The position numbers were made by a program, and so were the translations under genes. From Podarcis bocagei (lineage: Eukaryota): 64,000 bases of DNA. Positions within the stretch are counted from its first letter, which is position 1; each line of letters begins with the position of its first letter. A model generated the notes under the pieces. The model was given only the letters and a program-made list of their open reading frames with translations, had not been told where the DNA came from and did not search any database. The stretch is from the NCBI GenBank assembly GCA_964188305.1, contig OZ076892.1. The stretch is one strand, 5' to 3'. This document shows positions 1 to 12,818 of this stretch, one piece after another.

Positions 1-52
1 CTCCACGCAGGAAAGCTCCAGCATCAGCCACGACGTGCTCCACGGGAGCCAT
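1..52 (-). CDS. NOB1: NOB1 exon 1, partial (runs off window start); PIN-domain 18S rRNA endonuclease
   Basis: Reverse complement reads aaaATG GCT CCC GTG GAG CAC GTC GTG GCT GAT GCT GGA GCT TTC CTG CGT GGA = MAPVEHVVADAGAFLRG, matching the NOB1 N-terminus. Head-to-head with WWP2 as in mammals. Absent from the ORF track. Confidence 0.93.
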   Translation of the reverse strand, partial: MAPVEHVVADAGAFLRG

Positions 53-556
53 TTTGCCCCACTTTAGACTGTGACTCCCAGGGCACTTTGGGAAGTGTAG
101 TCTTTCCCCCGCTTTCCCCCTGGAGAGCCATTGTGGAGCATGCTGGGAACTGTGCGGCCCCACACAGGATAGTTCGCGGAAGAAAGGCATGCTGGGAGCT
201 GTAGTTCCCTCTAAAAATGTCCTTTCTTCCTAGACTTAAAAAAGAATAGAAAGAGCATTGCATTGTTTGAAGGCGGGGCTTTTAATCTAATATTTTTGAT
301 GCCGCCCATCCGCTTCCAAAAAATCCCGGATAAATAAACTTCCACTTCCAGTCCGACAATTTCCACTCCTGTCTCATCCCGACAACCGGAAGTCGGAGCC
401 CCTGCAGCCACCGCTTCCTCCGCCATTCCGCTCTAGCCGTCCCGGCTCCGTAGCCTCCCTTTCCACTTCCGAAGTATGTGTCACGTGACGTGTCACTTGT
501 CACATGACCCATGACTACAGGAGGTGGAAGTGGGAAGAAGCTGGGAACCGTCGCCG
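53..556. promoter_or_regulatory. Bidirectional CpG-rich NOB1/WWP2 promoter
   Basis: Three ZNF143/SBS-type motifs on - strand (81-101 ACTACACTTCCCAAAGTGCCC, 138-154, 186-205 ACTACAGCTCCCAGCATGCC), ETS/GABP CCGGAAGT 386-393, E-box/CLEAR GTCACGTGAC 480-489 and GTCACATGAC 499-508; CpG-dense. Confidence 0.8.
515..556 (+). other. WWP2: WWP2 non-coding exon 1 (start approximate)
   Basis: Consensus donor CCG|GTAAGT at 556/557 directly after the promoter motifs; TSS not determinable from sequence. Confidence 0.6.
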
Positions 557-3388
557 GTAAGTCTGGAGATTTGAGGGTGGGAAGCGGGGGGGTCTGGCCA
601 CTGCTGTGATTGACACATACGGATACCCACACCCGCTTGCTTGCTTGCCTGGTTTCCTTCTCTCCAACATTTTGAAAATCAGCGGGCAGCTTTAAAAAAC
701 AAAACACTCCTGAGTTTCTCTTTTTAAAAACAAACAAACATTCGTTTGTTTGTTTATTTATTTTTAGGGGTTGTTAGTTCCATCCCGCTTTTCAGGTTAT
801 AACAGCAGCAACAACCCCCGCCCCGCGAAGCTACAGGAAAGGCGAAGGTGGCAAATGAAGGGATGAAGAAGCCAAAACCTTTAGAAACGGAAGGCCTGAG
901 CAAAACCCAAATATTTTTGCTGTATGTGTGTGTATATAATGTCGACAGGCTTGGAAACCGCAGGCACCCTGGGTCTCCAGCCCCACTGCCTGCCTGCCTG
1001 CCTTGTCCCTTGAAAGCTTTAAAGAGGGCTAGGGCTGTCTCTCTGAGTACCTCAGCAGCTGAGCTCTTCTGTTCAGAAGGTGCCCTTAAGATACGTACTT
1101 TCTATGAGGCGGACTGTTCTATGGTGAAGAGGGCCTCAAGCCCTTTAAGGCAGGCTACGTTAGCCTACTGCCTGCCCTTCAGTTTTGGACTATAACTCTC
1201 ATCATCCTTAGCCAGTACGGTTGTAGTCCAAAACAACTGGAGTATACTAGGTTGGTAAGAGCTTCCATTGTTCTAGGCGCATTTTGTGACAAGGAATTTC
1301 ATTAGTGTGAGCAGTTTCTGAGCTCTGGGCACAGTACTGCACCTAAGATTTCAGATTAAAACTGTGGAGTGGAAGGAAAAAGGACCTTTTTCTGCCTCCC
1401 CACTTCCCGCTACTCTCTGAAGACTGGAGAAGAGACCCTCATAAGAATAGGGGTGTGTGTGTGAGCATAATGAACATAATATTTTAGCTGCAGTTTGTTC
1501 ATTTTCAGCTTTGTAGTGTTATTTTAAAAGTGTGCTGTTGTTGCACCCACAACCTAGGTTTAAGATGCCATTTAGCTCCCAGCTTCATATCTCAGTTTCT
1601 AACACTGGATAAGAGTTGCTTTCATATGACTATGGACACCTGGTCTTACTTTTTGGCAGTCACTGTAGAGTTTTCCCCAGAGAGCTGGGCTGCCATTAAC
1701 CTACTCAGCTGTGGGACAAATTGCTATGTTTTGTGCCAGTGGAAGTGTCCAGACAGTCTATATGGGGTGTGCTTTTCAGTTGTGTTGCTCTACAGTGCCT
1801 TGCTGTAGGATGAGGCTGCATCAAGGTGCCCTTCCTCCTTTTCTGAGGTACCCACAGAATAGCCTTTGGCTCTACTAGGGGCACCATGACGTTCCTTGGA
1901 CACATGCAAAGGAGGTTCATCCACTTATTTGCTTTGCTCAGATTATAGGGAAGTTTGTATTGCTTCTTTTATTGTGTTGCTTAATGTTTGGGATTCAGCT
2001 TTTCTGTTGGAACTGCTCTTTATGTGTTCACTATGCATAAGCTCAAGGACTGAGACAGGTTTGCTTCTTGAATTGGCTGATTGCTGCAGCTACTTGTAAA
2101 GATGTACTGTAGCCTGAGTGATACTGTTTAAACAAAAGGGTGTGTGTGCAAATGAATTGTGTAGATTCTTCCTGGTTGTGGCAAGGACTGCTGTGGGAAA
2201 CACAGGGACTCTTTAAAGGAGCTCCAGAGAGTTCTACAAAGAAATAAGGGAGTAAAATCCTATTTCACAAAGGAGAGAGGACAGCACTCTCTGTCATGCA
2301 GATAACAGCTGATGTAGGCACGTCATGAGGCATGTTGAGTGATTTTTGCCACTGCCTCTTGCATTGCTGTGCGTGAACTATTGGACTTCTTGTTTGCATC
2401 TTGCTCATTGTGTTGAAAGGAACTACCAACATTGTTGTTCTCTGGGTACACTAGAACTGTACCCATATGTGGGATTGATCTAACACCATCCACCTATAAT
2501 TTACCTTATGTTCTGTTTAACTCAATTTTTGGCTCATTCTCAGTGCACCTGAGACCATGGAAGGAATGAAGTGAATTGGTATGTGTGTCACCTATCACCT
2601 TCACAGAGTGCTGGGTTTGATGGAGAGTAATAAATATGCAATGATTGAATGTGTTAATGATTAGCTGACTTGGTTTGGTTCCTCCTGAGCAGCTTGCGTG
2701 GTTGCTAGACTCGCACTCTGTTGTGAACCAACTCTGTCTTCCTGCTCTTGGAGATCTGTAGCTAGTGCAAATCAACAAACTCACTCTTCTGTGAGGGTTC
2801 GAAAGTGAGCGAGGAAACTCATTCAGGAGGGGGTGTTCCTGCTACTTCTTCTAACCTTACTTGCCCACTTGTCATTCAGAGACTTAAAATACAAAACTTT
2901 TTATGATCCAGAAGCTCAAGCATGAAGAAGAAGTTCCTCCTCTTTGCTGAATGAAAAGCTCCCGAAGGGCTGCTGCTGCTCTTCATCAGAGCTTGGTGTG
3001 TGCAAACAAATGCTGGCATTCTTTAACTGAGCTGTTCTGCACCCACTTCCTCTTTGTGTCTGTGCTCTGAAGCTCTCTTCTTCCTTCTTCCTTTGCTGTC
3101 TTACTCAGTGAGGGGAATTTCCCACACTACCCCCTGGGGCCTGGTTTTTCCGGAACTGTTGCTGGATTGGGGCTTCTGATGGTTCTCTTTAAGGAGCTCT
3201 ATCTGTTCCAGGATTCAGAACTCAACAACTGGAAAAGTTCTAAGTTTGGAGGGTTCAGTTATCTGCATGGCTGTTGACTGCAAGGTATTTCCTGTCCTGA
3301 GCCAAAGGGGCAAACTTAGAGAAGCAGCAGGAAGCATGAGTAGCCAAACTCCTAGCATCCCACTCCATCAGGCTATGCTAGCTGTGGT

Positions 3389-3517
3389 CATGGGCGTAGC
3401 CAAGGAAGGGCAGGGGGGCAACTGCCCGCCAATCAATACAAACCAATACGAATCTGAGGTTCTGTCCCCCCTAACAAAAGCCTGCCCTCCCTAACAAAAA
3501 CCCTGGCTATGCCCATG
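3389..3517. mobile_element. Short non-autonomous DNA transposon (MITE) nested in an older MITE
   Basis: Terminal inverted repeats CATGGGCGTAGCCA (3389-3402) and TGGCTATGCCCATG (3504-3517); internal duplicated CCCTAACAAAA. Confidence 0.6.
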
Positions 3518-3685
3518 TCTGTAACTGATGGAAGCTGGAGCCCATAAACCAGGTTTCCTCCCATTCCCTAGTGCTGATGCTCCCAGCTCTGTGTCCTGTA
3601 CCAGAACTTGGAGGAGGCTTGCCCCGACTTTTTAGACAATGTGTCACATGTTGCTCTCTCACTTTCATAGGCATCCAGCGATGAA

Positions 3686-3734
3686 ATGGCTTCTGTGGGG
3701 TTGCCTGGAGAGAAATCTCCACTTACTGTGAAAG
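3686..3734 (+). CDS. WWP2: WWP2 exon 2 coding part (exon starts 3671), MASVGLPGEKSPLTVK
   Basis: Acceptor ttcatag at 3670, ATG in gaaATGG context, donor AAG|gtgagt; similar to human LPFEKSQLTLK. Confidence 0.85.
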
Positions 3735-4168
3735 GTGAGTCCTCTTGTCCAGGAGCAACTCTGTGGAGTTTGGCAGCAATAAGGAGGTATTTGTTGTTTC
3801 TGGTCTGCCCCTCTGTCAGCTCTGGATGTCCTTTCTCCTTGGCTAGCCTGTGAAATTCCCATCAGCTGCAAGGATTTTTTGTGTAAGCGTAGCTGCGCCG
3901 TGGGGTTGTGTTCAGTTAATTTACAAATCTCTTTCCATGAAGCATCTTGAAAGAATTTCATAACACATTAAAAAAACATATAAAAACAATCACACATATT
4001 AAAAAACAATTTCAGATCCATTACAGATGCTGATTGGTTATCAACCAAGTTTGGATCGGTATATTAAGAAGCTTATAGAACCCACAAAACAAGTGAGATT
4101 CTTCCTATGAGCCGAACAAACATTTATATTGCTTTATGGGTTTTGAGCTATATGGACTCACAAATAAT

Positions 4169-4590
4169 TAATGTATTTTTCGCACCATAGGACGCACCGG
4201 ACAATAGGACGTACCTTGTTTTAGAGGGGGGAGAACAAGAAAAAAAAATTCTCTCCCTCTCTGCCCAGCGCCCCTTCAGCGAAGCAGCAGGAGGCGCTGC
4301 GCAGAGAGGGGGAGAATTTTCCCCCTCTTGTTTTTCCGCTCTAAAACAAGGTGCCGTTTAAGGTGCATTCAGGCGGCTACCTTGGAGGCCTGGAGAGCGA
4401 GAGGGACGGTGTGCACCACCAGCCCCAAAGAGCAGGTCAGGGAGCAGCAGAAAGGCACAGCGGAGAAGCTGCTGCCATAGCCGCGCGTCACCTCTCCAGC
4501 TATGGCGTCTTCGCTCCATAGGACGCACACACATTTCCCCTTCATTTTTGAAGGGAAAAGAGTGCGTCCTATAGAGCGAAAAATACGGTA
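4169..4590. mobile_element. Tc1/mariner-pogo-type MITE
   Basis: TIRs GTATTTTTCGCACCATAGGACGCAC and GTGCGTCCTATAGAGCGAAAAATAC flanked by TA; subterminal copy of the TIR motif near 4510; internal inverted repeats. Confidence 0.8.
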
Positions 4591-6594
4591 CGCTGAGCAA
4601 AAGCTTGAAAAAACCCCAGTAGGGAGCAGAGCAGTCTAGATGAGAACATTTCATGTATCCCAGGAGATGTTAAATATTCTCTAAAATGAAGAGGAGGCTA
4701 GTTTACATTGAGGTGGGTAACTTGTAGCCCTTTAGAGGTTGTTGGGTTCTCATTTCCCTGAGCACCAGCCAGTATGGCCAGTAGTTAGGGATGGTGGGAG
4801 TTGTCATCTGAAGGGCAACAGATTCCCCCCCCCCTTTTACACTGCTTTTATTTTAAGCAGCTGCCAGTGAAGAAGAGCTCCATTTAACATGAAAGCACTG
4901 CAGCCAGCATTTGGGTGGTCCCATGATAGTTCCTCGACTTGTTTGCTGTGGTCTTTCAGTCATTCCCAGTCATTCCCACTTGTGCTGTCCCCAGCGTAGG
5001 GATGACTTCTTCTTTTTTTTAGCATGACCCAAAATTTCCTTGCCTGCAAGAAAACCCTTGCCGACAGGATGGCCTGAACTTTAGCAGTCCCCACTCCTAA
5101 CTACTGTCAGTTCAGGGTGGGGAACAAATGGGTTCTCCCATCAGTATTTGTTTGTGTGTGTGTGTTTGTACACACACAGACACATGCATTTACATGCAAG
5201 GGTGGGTGTGGGAAGAGAAACAGCTTCCCTACCATCTAGTCATAACAGCAATGGACTTTTACCTGCTGATCCTGCAAACTTTAGATCCAGGCCAGAGAGG
5301 CATGGCTGTGGTAGGGTTACTTACTGGGTCCTTCCGCACTCTGAGAGCCACCACTGCAGGCCATCCCATCTCACCTCAGAAACTCAACTAACTACAACTG
5401 CTTAAATTCATTCTACAAGGAGGAAGGCTGGAAGTTGCTTTATAATGAGTCCATATAGATTAATATTGTCCACACTGAGTGGCAGCAGTTCTCCCGGGTT
5501 TCAGGCAAGGGTATCTCCCAACTCTACTGATATGTGAGTGTTTAATTCTTCACATTGCCTTCCAGTCTCAAGGGTTAAAAATGAGACCCACAAGCTTTTC
5601 TCTTGTCCTCTGGCCTGTTGTGACAGCAATGTGACATTAAGTCATTGCTCATAAGGACTGAGAGGCAACTCTCCCCTTTCTACCCCCCCCCCCACTCCAG
5701 ACTTGTTTTTCTGGCTAGCTGGTGCCCCCCCCCCCAGCATGAATGCTTTGGTTGCACCTCAAGCAGCTGCAGGGGGGGAGTGTATGATGGGCCAGACGGC
5801 AGCCTCTTGTGGGTGTTGGGTCCAGCCAGCTGCACACACTGTGCCACCAGGGGGCTCCCAACACTGGCAGTTACAGGAGCGTTTCTGCACAGGCTGCAGC
5901 TGCTCTGCCTTCCTCTCGTGGCTGAAATGTCAGCCCCTGGGTCTGTAGTCGGCACTCGTCAGCCTTGGCACTCTCCAGCTAGGGCTAGGCTCTGGGTCTC
6001 AAGTAAGAGACCCTCTGGAATGCCAAGGGGGCACTCTCACCTCCTTGTCCGGTGCAAGCTCCCAAAGTGGGGAGGGAGGAGAGTGGCTGTTTGAACCAAG
6101 CGTAGCCAAAGTGGTGGTGTTTCGCTGCAGCTCCGGTCACCCCTGGCAGCCAGTGGTCAGGCATGATGGGAGTTGGAGTCCAGCAATATCTGGAGGGCAC
6201 CACATTGAGCTGCTCGTATTCCAACCTTTGTTTGGATGGGAAGGGACTTCTATCACCCTACGATTAATAGGGTTTGCTTCACAGGGTTCTTTGTGGGAAT
6301 TCAGGGCTCTTCATCTGTTTTCAAGTGAGGTTTCAATGTAGGCCATAGATATGCCCTTTGCCCTGCTTGTTCCTTTGGGAGTTTTGTGCTTGCATAAAGG
6401 ATGGAGCCAGCAGTGGAGCCTCCTGTGTAAAGTGGAGGGGTTAAAAGGGCACAGTTGGGTGGCATTGTCACTCTCCCTGGCACGCAAGTAGATCTGGCTA
6501 CCCCAAAATCCCTACCAGGCTAGCCTGGGGAAGGCACCACCCACCATTCCAGCTGAGGAGTAGCTACTGAACTTCCTCCACTTCCTCCCTCCAG

Positions 6595-6742
6595 TGGTGT
6601 CAGCAAAGCCCAAGGCACAGGGGCGCCAGGCTCGGATCACCTGCTTCGTGGAGGTGACGGCGGATGGGCTCACCAGCGAGACCAAGAAGACAGCAAAGCG
6701 GATCGGGAGCTCAGAGCTGCTCTGGAACGAGAATCTTGTGCT
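6595..6742 (+). CDS. WWP2: WWP2 exon 3 (C2 domain) VSAKPKAQGRQARITCFVEVTADGLTSETKKTAKRIGSSELLWNENLVL
   Basis: ccag acceptor, gtaaga donor, 148 nt, frame-compatible. Confidence 0.95.
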
Positions 6743-7262
6743 GTAAGAATTTGGGGCTCTAGGGAATTGGGGTGTGTGTGTGAAACAGAGCTGGGGCAGC
6801 ACTGGCTTTGCCCAGGTGGGTCTGCTCTTGCCCCAAGGGCTTGCCCAGGCTAGCAGCTGTGTAGGAGCAAAAGTGGTGGGATGGGCCTTAGGCTCTGTGG
6901 CCGCGGCAGCTGCTCTTTCCATGGTGAAGCAGGAGCCCTTGCAAGGGACACACCTGCATGTTATCAGCTGTGTTTCCAAACAAGGGAAGGCCCTTGGCTC
7001 CCCCTGGCTTGTCATCTTAAGCCTGTTTGGGAAGACCTAGTTTGCTCTTCTTATGTTTGGGAAGCCTAATGATGGGTTGAGAGCACTCACATTCTTTTCA
7101 TTTATTTCTGCAGAGCCTCCTTTTCACCTTTTAACGTTTAGTTTTGTCCCCAAATTGGCTTTTACTGAACGTCACTCATGCTTGGCACAAGGCAAACTTG
7201 ATCCCATCGCCTCACCAACCTGTCTTCTTTTGCACCCTCTTCTTCCTCCAACCCCACTGCAG

Positions 7263-7384
7263 GAATGTCACCTCACAAAGCCACCTTGACGTGAAACTCT
7301 GGAGCTACCACACCCTGCGGAACGAGTTGCTGGGCACAGCCTCCATCAGTCTCCCCAGTGCACTGAAGCAGAGCAAAGGGAAAG
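7263..7384 (+). CDS. WWP2: WWP2 exon 4 (C2 domain) NVTSQSHLDVKLWSYHTLRNELLGTASISL
   Basis: gcag acceptor, gtatgt donor, 122 nt. Confidence 0.95.
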
Positions 7385-8537
7385 GTATGTCCTATGGTAG
7401 AGACTCTCCACAGCTCCCGCCGCTGGCCTGTCCTCCTGTTTGGGCATCGCCAGGTTTTCTGCGCCCTCTGGCAGGGGGAAATAAGGCATACCTGGTGGTG
7501 GAAATGCTCTGGCCTTGGCAGAAGACAAGGCCTCATTGTGAGCAGCTGGGAGGCCTGTCAGGCGCACAGGGCTGCTGCTGCTGGTGTGTTTGATGGAGGC
7601 CACCCCTTCACCAGCCAGGAAAGCAGAGCAGCCCGCCCAGCAACACGAGGCCCTTGGCTGTCTGCTGCCATTTGTGGTTGCTGGAGTGGCCCGTGGCGGC
7701 AGCCGCTGCTGCTGCTGCTACATAAAGGCCTCTATTCAGGGGGCTCCCGGCAGGGAAAGGCTCTCTCCGTCTCCTTCAGCCCAAACTGCTCCCCTGCCCC
7801 CACCATGGCCCCCGCCTCACAGAATACAGACCTCGTATTGAGAGGTGCCGGGCCTGGAGATAGCAGATGGAGGTGGGGGCAATGTCAGAGCAACAGCCCA
7901 CTACTTTTCTGGGGCAGTCTCTTCTCCCTGGGCTTAGGCCTGGTGGTCTGGTCCACTAGCTTTGAGATGTCTGGGCCTTGGTGAGCAGGCTTTGACTGGA
8001 GGTGAGTGGAGAGAGACCCCCTGCTCTGGGTCAAGAAAATGAGCGAAGGCTTACCTGCACCTTCCCTTGCAGTGTCAGAGCTCCTTGCCGCACTGGTGCC
8101 TCAGAGCAAAAGGTGGCAAGGGCTTCATGGTTGCTGGAAGTGGCTTTTGTGTGTGCGGGGGGGGGGGGGATGTTAACTCTGGGGCTGCCCTTTTGGGGCC
8201 TTGTGGTGTGGTTGGAGGGTGAGTGTTTGAGATCCTGCCTGGCAGGCCTGAGTCGCCCTCCCGCCCTCTCCTCACCCACCTGAGCTGCTCCTCTTCCTCC
8301 TTGTGTGCCGGACACAATGCTCCTTTCATGAGGCAAGGCGTAGTTTTGGGCGGCAAATGGAAAAGGCTCCGCTCGGTACCAAAAAGGATGGAATTTTCCC
8401 TGGCACTGGCTGCGAGGGGAGGCTTCTTAAAGCGACAGCGCAGCCACTGCCGGGGAGTGTCAGAAGATCAGGCTTTCTTTCTCCCTGTGGCTCTGAGGCA
8501 AGGGCTGCTCGCTGTGGCTGTTTTCCTGGATGAATTG

Positions 8538-9105
8538 CATAAGAACATAGGAAAGGCTCTGCAGGATCAGGCCAGTGGCCCATCTAGTCCAGCATACTGT
8601 TCTCGCAGTGGGCGACCAGATGCCTGTGGGAAACCTGAGCAAAAGAGCACTCTCCTCTCCTTTCCAGCAGCTGATATTCAGAAGTTACTGCCTCTGATGG
8701 TGAAGGCAGAACATGGTCATTATGGCTAAGAGCTGCTGATAGCCTTGTCCCCCATGGATTTGTGTAACTCTCTTTTAAAGCCACCTGAGTTGTTGGCCAT
8801 CACTGCCTCTTGTGGGAGTGAGTTCCATAGTTTAAAGATGTGCTGTGCGAAGGAGTAGTGTCTTTTTCTGTCCTGAATCTTCATTCCACTTCATTAGATG
8901 TGCTCGATTTCAAGTGCTATGAAAGAGGGACTTCTCTGTCCACTTTCTCCATGCCATGCATAACTCCATTTTCTTCTACCATCCCTTTCTTGCCTTTTCT
9001 CTAAACCAAAAAGTCCCAAACATTGTAACCTTTCCCCATAGGGCTGTTGCTCCATCCCTTGGATCGTTTTGCCTTTTCCAACTCCACCATATCTTTCTTG
9101 AGGAG
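8538..9105 (-). mobile_element. Degenerate CR1-type LINE 3' fragment
   Basis: Begins CATAAGAACATAG tail; GGCCCATCTAGTCCAGCAT 3'UTR motif shared with the copy at 19135-19740. Confidence 0.7.
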
Positions 9106-12100
9106 AGGAAGTGACTCCAGGTAGAGCAGATTGACAGCTGGCACTGAGAATGGGCCGCTCTCACTTCTCCTTGCCATGGGTGTGGGCGTCTGCTCCCCGT
9201 CAGCCTTCCATTGAGCAAGCACCCAAAGACAACACCCTCCCTTCCTCTGTGTGCTGGGCAGGAGAGAAAGGGCAGCTGATCTAAAGAGTGGGGGGGGGGA
9301 TCCTATTGGTTTAATTTCTATCCTGCCTCATTGCTAGGGCTCTGCACCCATTTCAGGATATGAAATGCACAGCTAATGAGAAAGCAATACCCTGAGACCT
9401 CTGCAAAACCACCTACAATGGCCACTTGGTTCTACCAACAGGCATCTCAGATCCAAATGCCTTTCTCTGTGATGCTCTGGCTGGGGGTGGATACGGTCTT
9501 GAAGGCACAAGATGGGAGATTCATGTGGCCCATCTCTCAGGCGCTGAGGACTGGTGGCTTGTGTGTCCTCCCTTCTTCTGAGGAGCTGAGAGTGGAGGCT
9601 TCCTCCCTGTGAAGTAGCATCATTGAGAGGCCTACCTGACGCTGCCCAATGAGCCTCAGGGCTGAAGAATGATTTGAACTGGCCTTTCTGGGCTTCACTG
9701 GGAGAGGAGGAAGCCACAGCTCCTTCCTGGCACTTTGCCAGCTGCCTTTAGGCCTCCTGGAGCAGATGGATGGGCACATCTGAAGTTTTCTTGGGATCTC
9801 CAGCTGGGTCAGCAGCCTTTGTGTGCCCTGAAGATCCCTGCATGTTCCTTGAGCATCTTCTGTCCTTGGCCCATGGGTGGGCTCTGTTTGCTGACCAGAA
9901 TGGCAGTGGTGGGGTGGGGAGTTCTTCCCAGCCTAGCTGTGCTCCTTGGACATCTGCTGCAGAAGTGCTCTGCCAGAGCTCCAGTAGGAGAGGCTGTTTG
10001 GGGAGATGGAGGGTGGGGTGCAAATTAGTTCAGTAAGAGCCAGCCGGCTACTGCCTTGGCTGCAGCAGCTCCCAAGTCCCTCATCGGATGCATCGATTGC
10101 AGCTCCAGATTCCCACCCACCCGCAAGGGACGCTTTGTTCTCAAGCCTGTTCTGGGCACAGGTTTACAACCCCCCCCCCAAACCTGGAGGCTGATCCCAT
10201 TTCTACTGTGTGAGTGCAGCAGCTTCCTTCGTATGTCCTCTCGCCTGCCAGCCAGGCAGGGAATGGGGCCTTCCGCCAAGGCTCTTGAAGCAGCCAGCAT
10301 CTGAATCAAGGCCCGACCCAGAGCAGGGGGTGTGGCTCAGAAGAAATCTCTCTCTGTGTGTAAAAACAAATCCTCATGTGGCTGCACCAATTGAGTGTGA
10401 AAACAAGGGGCCTGGAGCCTTTCGGGCTGCAGTGTGCAAACAACACCTCCCCCCGCCCCTACAATCATCACCCTTGTTCTCAGGTTGCATCAAGAGGTTC
10501 TTGTTTAGGGAGCCCCCCTTCTCCCCCCCCCCAATGCTTTTACAGCTCCTGCAAAGGTCTGTGACTTTGCTTCTCATTCTGCCTGGCCCCAGGCAGGGAT
10601 GCTGGAGCTGCAGCCACAAAGAAGTCATTCAGAAGGAAGCCAGTCCTGATTTCTGCTCCCTGCTCCACACAAAGTAGTAGCAGGATCCAAGGAGGAAGTT
10701 GTAAGGCTGGATGGATGGATGGGCTCCTCGTTGGAAAGCCAACCTCAAAGACGGCTTCACTGAACTGTGGCCAGGCCGATGCTGGGAAAGAGTTGTGTGG
10801 GCAACCATGTTTTGGGGTCCCACGTCCTGTTTTGCCACTTCCTCTGGCTATCCCTGTAATAGTAGTGCCTCTCCTTGCAAGCCAGCTGGCAAAGCTTGTT
10901 CTGCTGGGTGTACAAGGCTTCTTCCAGAAAGGTGCCTTGCATCTCAGCGATTGTCCTCTTTAAACCCTCGAGTGTCCTTGACTAGCCTGGAGGGCTCTTT
11001 CCCCTTCCCTACCAGAACTCCCTCCCAACCTTCTATTCTTGTTGACAGACGGCTAGCATGTAGGCTAAATGAAGCTACTGCTTGATGGATTTGTACCCAG
11101 TATGGAAGGTCCCAGGTGTCTACAACACCCTAGAGAACCATGGCCAATCAGTGTAGACAATCCTGAACTCCACAAACCAACTTTCTCTGCTCTCTTTCCC
11201 TCATCGGACAGCTTTCTCTGACCCTATTTCTCCCTATGTGTTCCTGTGCACCCAACCAGAGAGCGCTCCCCTCGTTGGCTAGAGTGGTGCTTTTCCCTCG
11301 GCGACTGCTGTACTTTAGGGAGCCACTGGCTGAAAGGCTCTGCCAGAGAAAAAAGGGGCCTCCCCTTCTTCCTTTCTAGGAAAAAGAGGCAGGAACTCTG
11401 GGATCGCATCCCTTGCTTTTGCTTGGAAAGCTCTTATACCCCAAGCCTGTGCAAACTGACAAGGATTGCCTTGGCCAGAGAGCCTTTGGCCTTTGTTCGA
11501 TTGGCCACCATCTTGATTTGATTTATTATATTTCTATGCCTCTTTTCATTCAAATGAATCCCAAAGTGGCTTACAAACAATAAGTAATTAGAACATGATA
11601 GAACATATTAAACATCACAAATACAGGCTCCTTCTGTTCCCTGAGCGCTCCCTGCTCCAGGTGCCCAGAAGGTGGAGGCGGAGCTCTCTCCTTCCTTTCC
11701 CCTCTGCATCGCTTCTCATCCATGTTAAGCCTTGGGCTACCTTCCTCTTTGCTGTCTTGTTCACATCGCTCCAGGCATGTCCACCCTGGGGCACTGGGGA
11801 GCCTGTCCAGCAGCTGGAACTTCCTTCCTTTTTCCTTCCCTTCCTTGCTCCTGCTCCTACTGGCCTGACTGCTGGAAAGCGCAGGTCCTTCTCATGTCCT
11901 GGCTAGGAATTCCCTGCCAAACGGGAGCGCTGAGGCTCCAAGCGGTGCAGCGGAGGTAGTGAACTGAGGAGGCCTTATGTAAGGCTGGGGCGGCCCCTTC
12001 CCCCGTATGATAACAGCCCGTCCCCCCTGCACACAAGCTGGCTTTGTGTGCGGCCTCAGAGGGACCCTCGGCTGCTGCAACAGCAAGGTCCCTTTATGTG

Positions 12101-12796
12101 TGCCTGGGCCATGGGCCGTGGTGGAGGGGCCCGTGCGTGTTTATTTTCTTAAAGAAAGCAGAGGGAGGGAAAAGTGGTGTTCACTGCCCTGCCTGGAGAC
12201 ACAGGCACCTTGTCTCTGCCAGGGGACAAAAGGGCTCTGTGCAGCCTGCAGCAGGAGCAGAGGGCTGCCAAGGTGGGGCAGTGGGGAGAGAAAGGGGCGA
12301 GGACAGGCTCCCTGCATCACCAAAGGCATGCTGGTGGCCCCTTGGCTGGGCCTGGCTCCTTGCGGGTCTTCCCAAGGGGAGATGGAAGGCCAAACCCTCC
12401 TGCTCCTCTGGCTCAAAACCTCCCCCTCCCTGACTCTGCTGTGCTGCACTTCACACACCAGGAGCTGCCACCACCACTGCGGACAGAGAGGCTGGAGCCC
12501 CGTGTGCAGCTGGTGAAAGGGAGGCCCCCAGGCAGCTCAGGTGTGAACTTTGGGGGCCTGCCCAAGGCTCCTGGCCCTCTCTCTCCAGGGGATGAACATC
12601 AGTTGCTCTTTGTCTTCCTGCCCTGGGTGCTGGGGAAGAGGAATTCCTTCTCCCATAGAGGGGCGCAGGTCACCTTGATGCCAGCCTCCTCTCGGGGCAT
12701 TTGTGCTCCTCACCTTCCTTTTCAGCCAGCACAAGGAGACTGAGGGTCTGAGGGCAGATTTGGGCCTAAGAAATGTGCTGGGGAGTAAGCCCAGCT

Positions 12797-12818
12797 GCAG
12801 CAGCAGCAGCAGCAGCAG
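12797..12818. repeat. (CAG)n microsatellite, about 7 units, intronic
   Basis: gcagcagcagcagcagcagcag. Confidence 0.85.

Noticed and set aside
211-737. Minus-strand ORFs over the promoter
   Set aside because: Typical CpG-island open frames; the real minus-strand CDS starts at 52 (NOB1).
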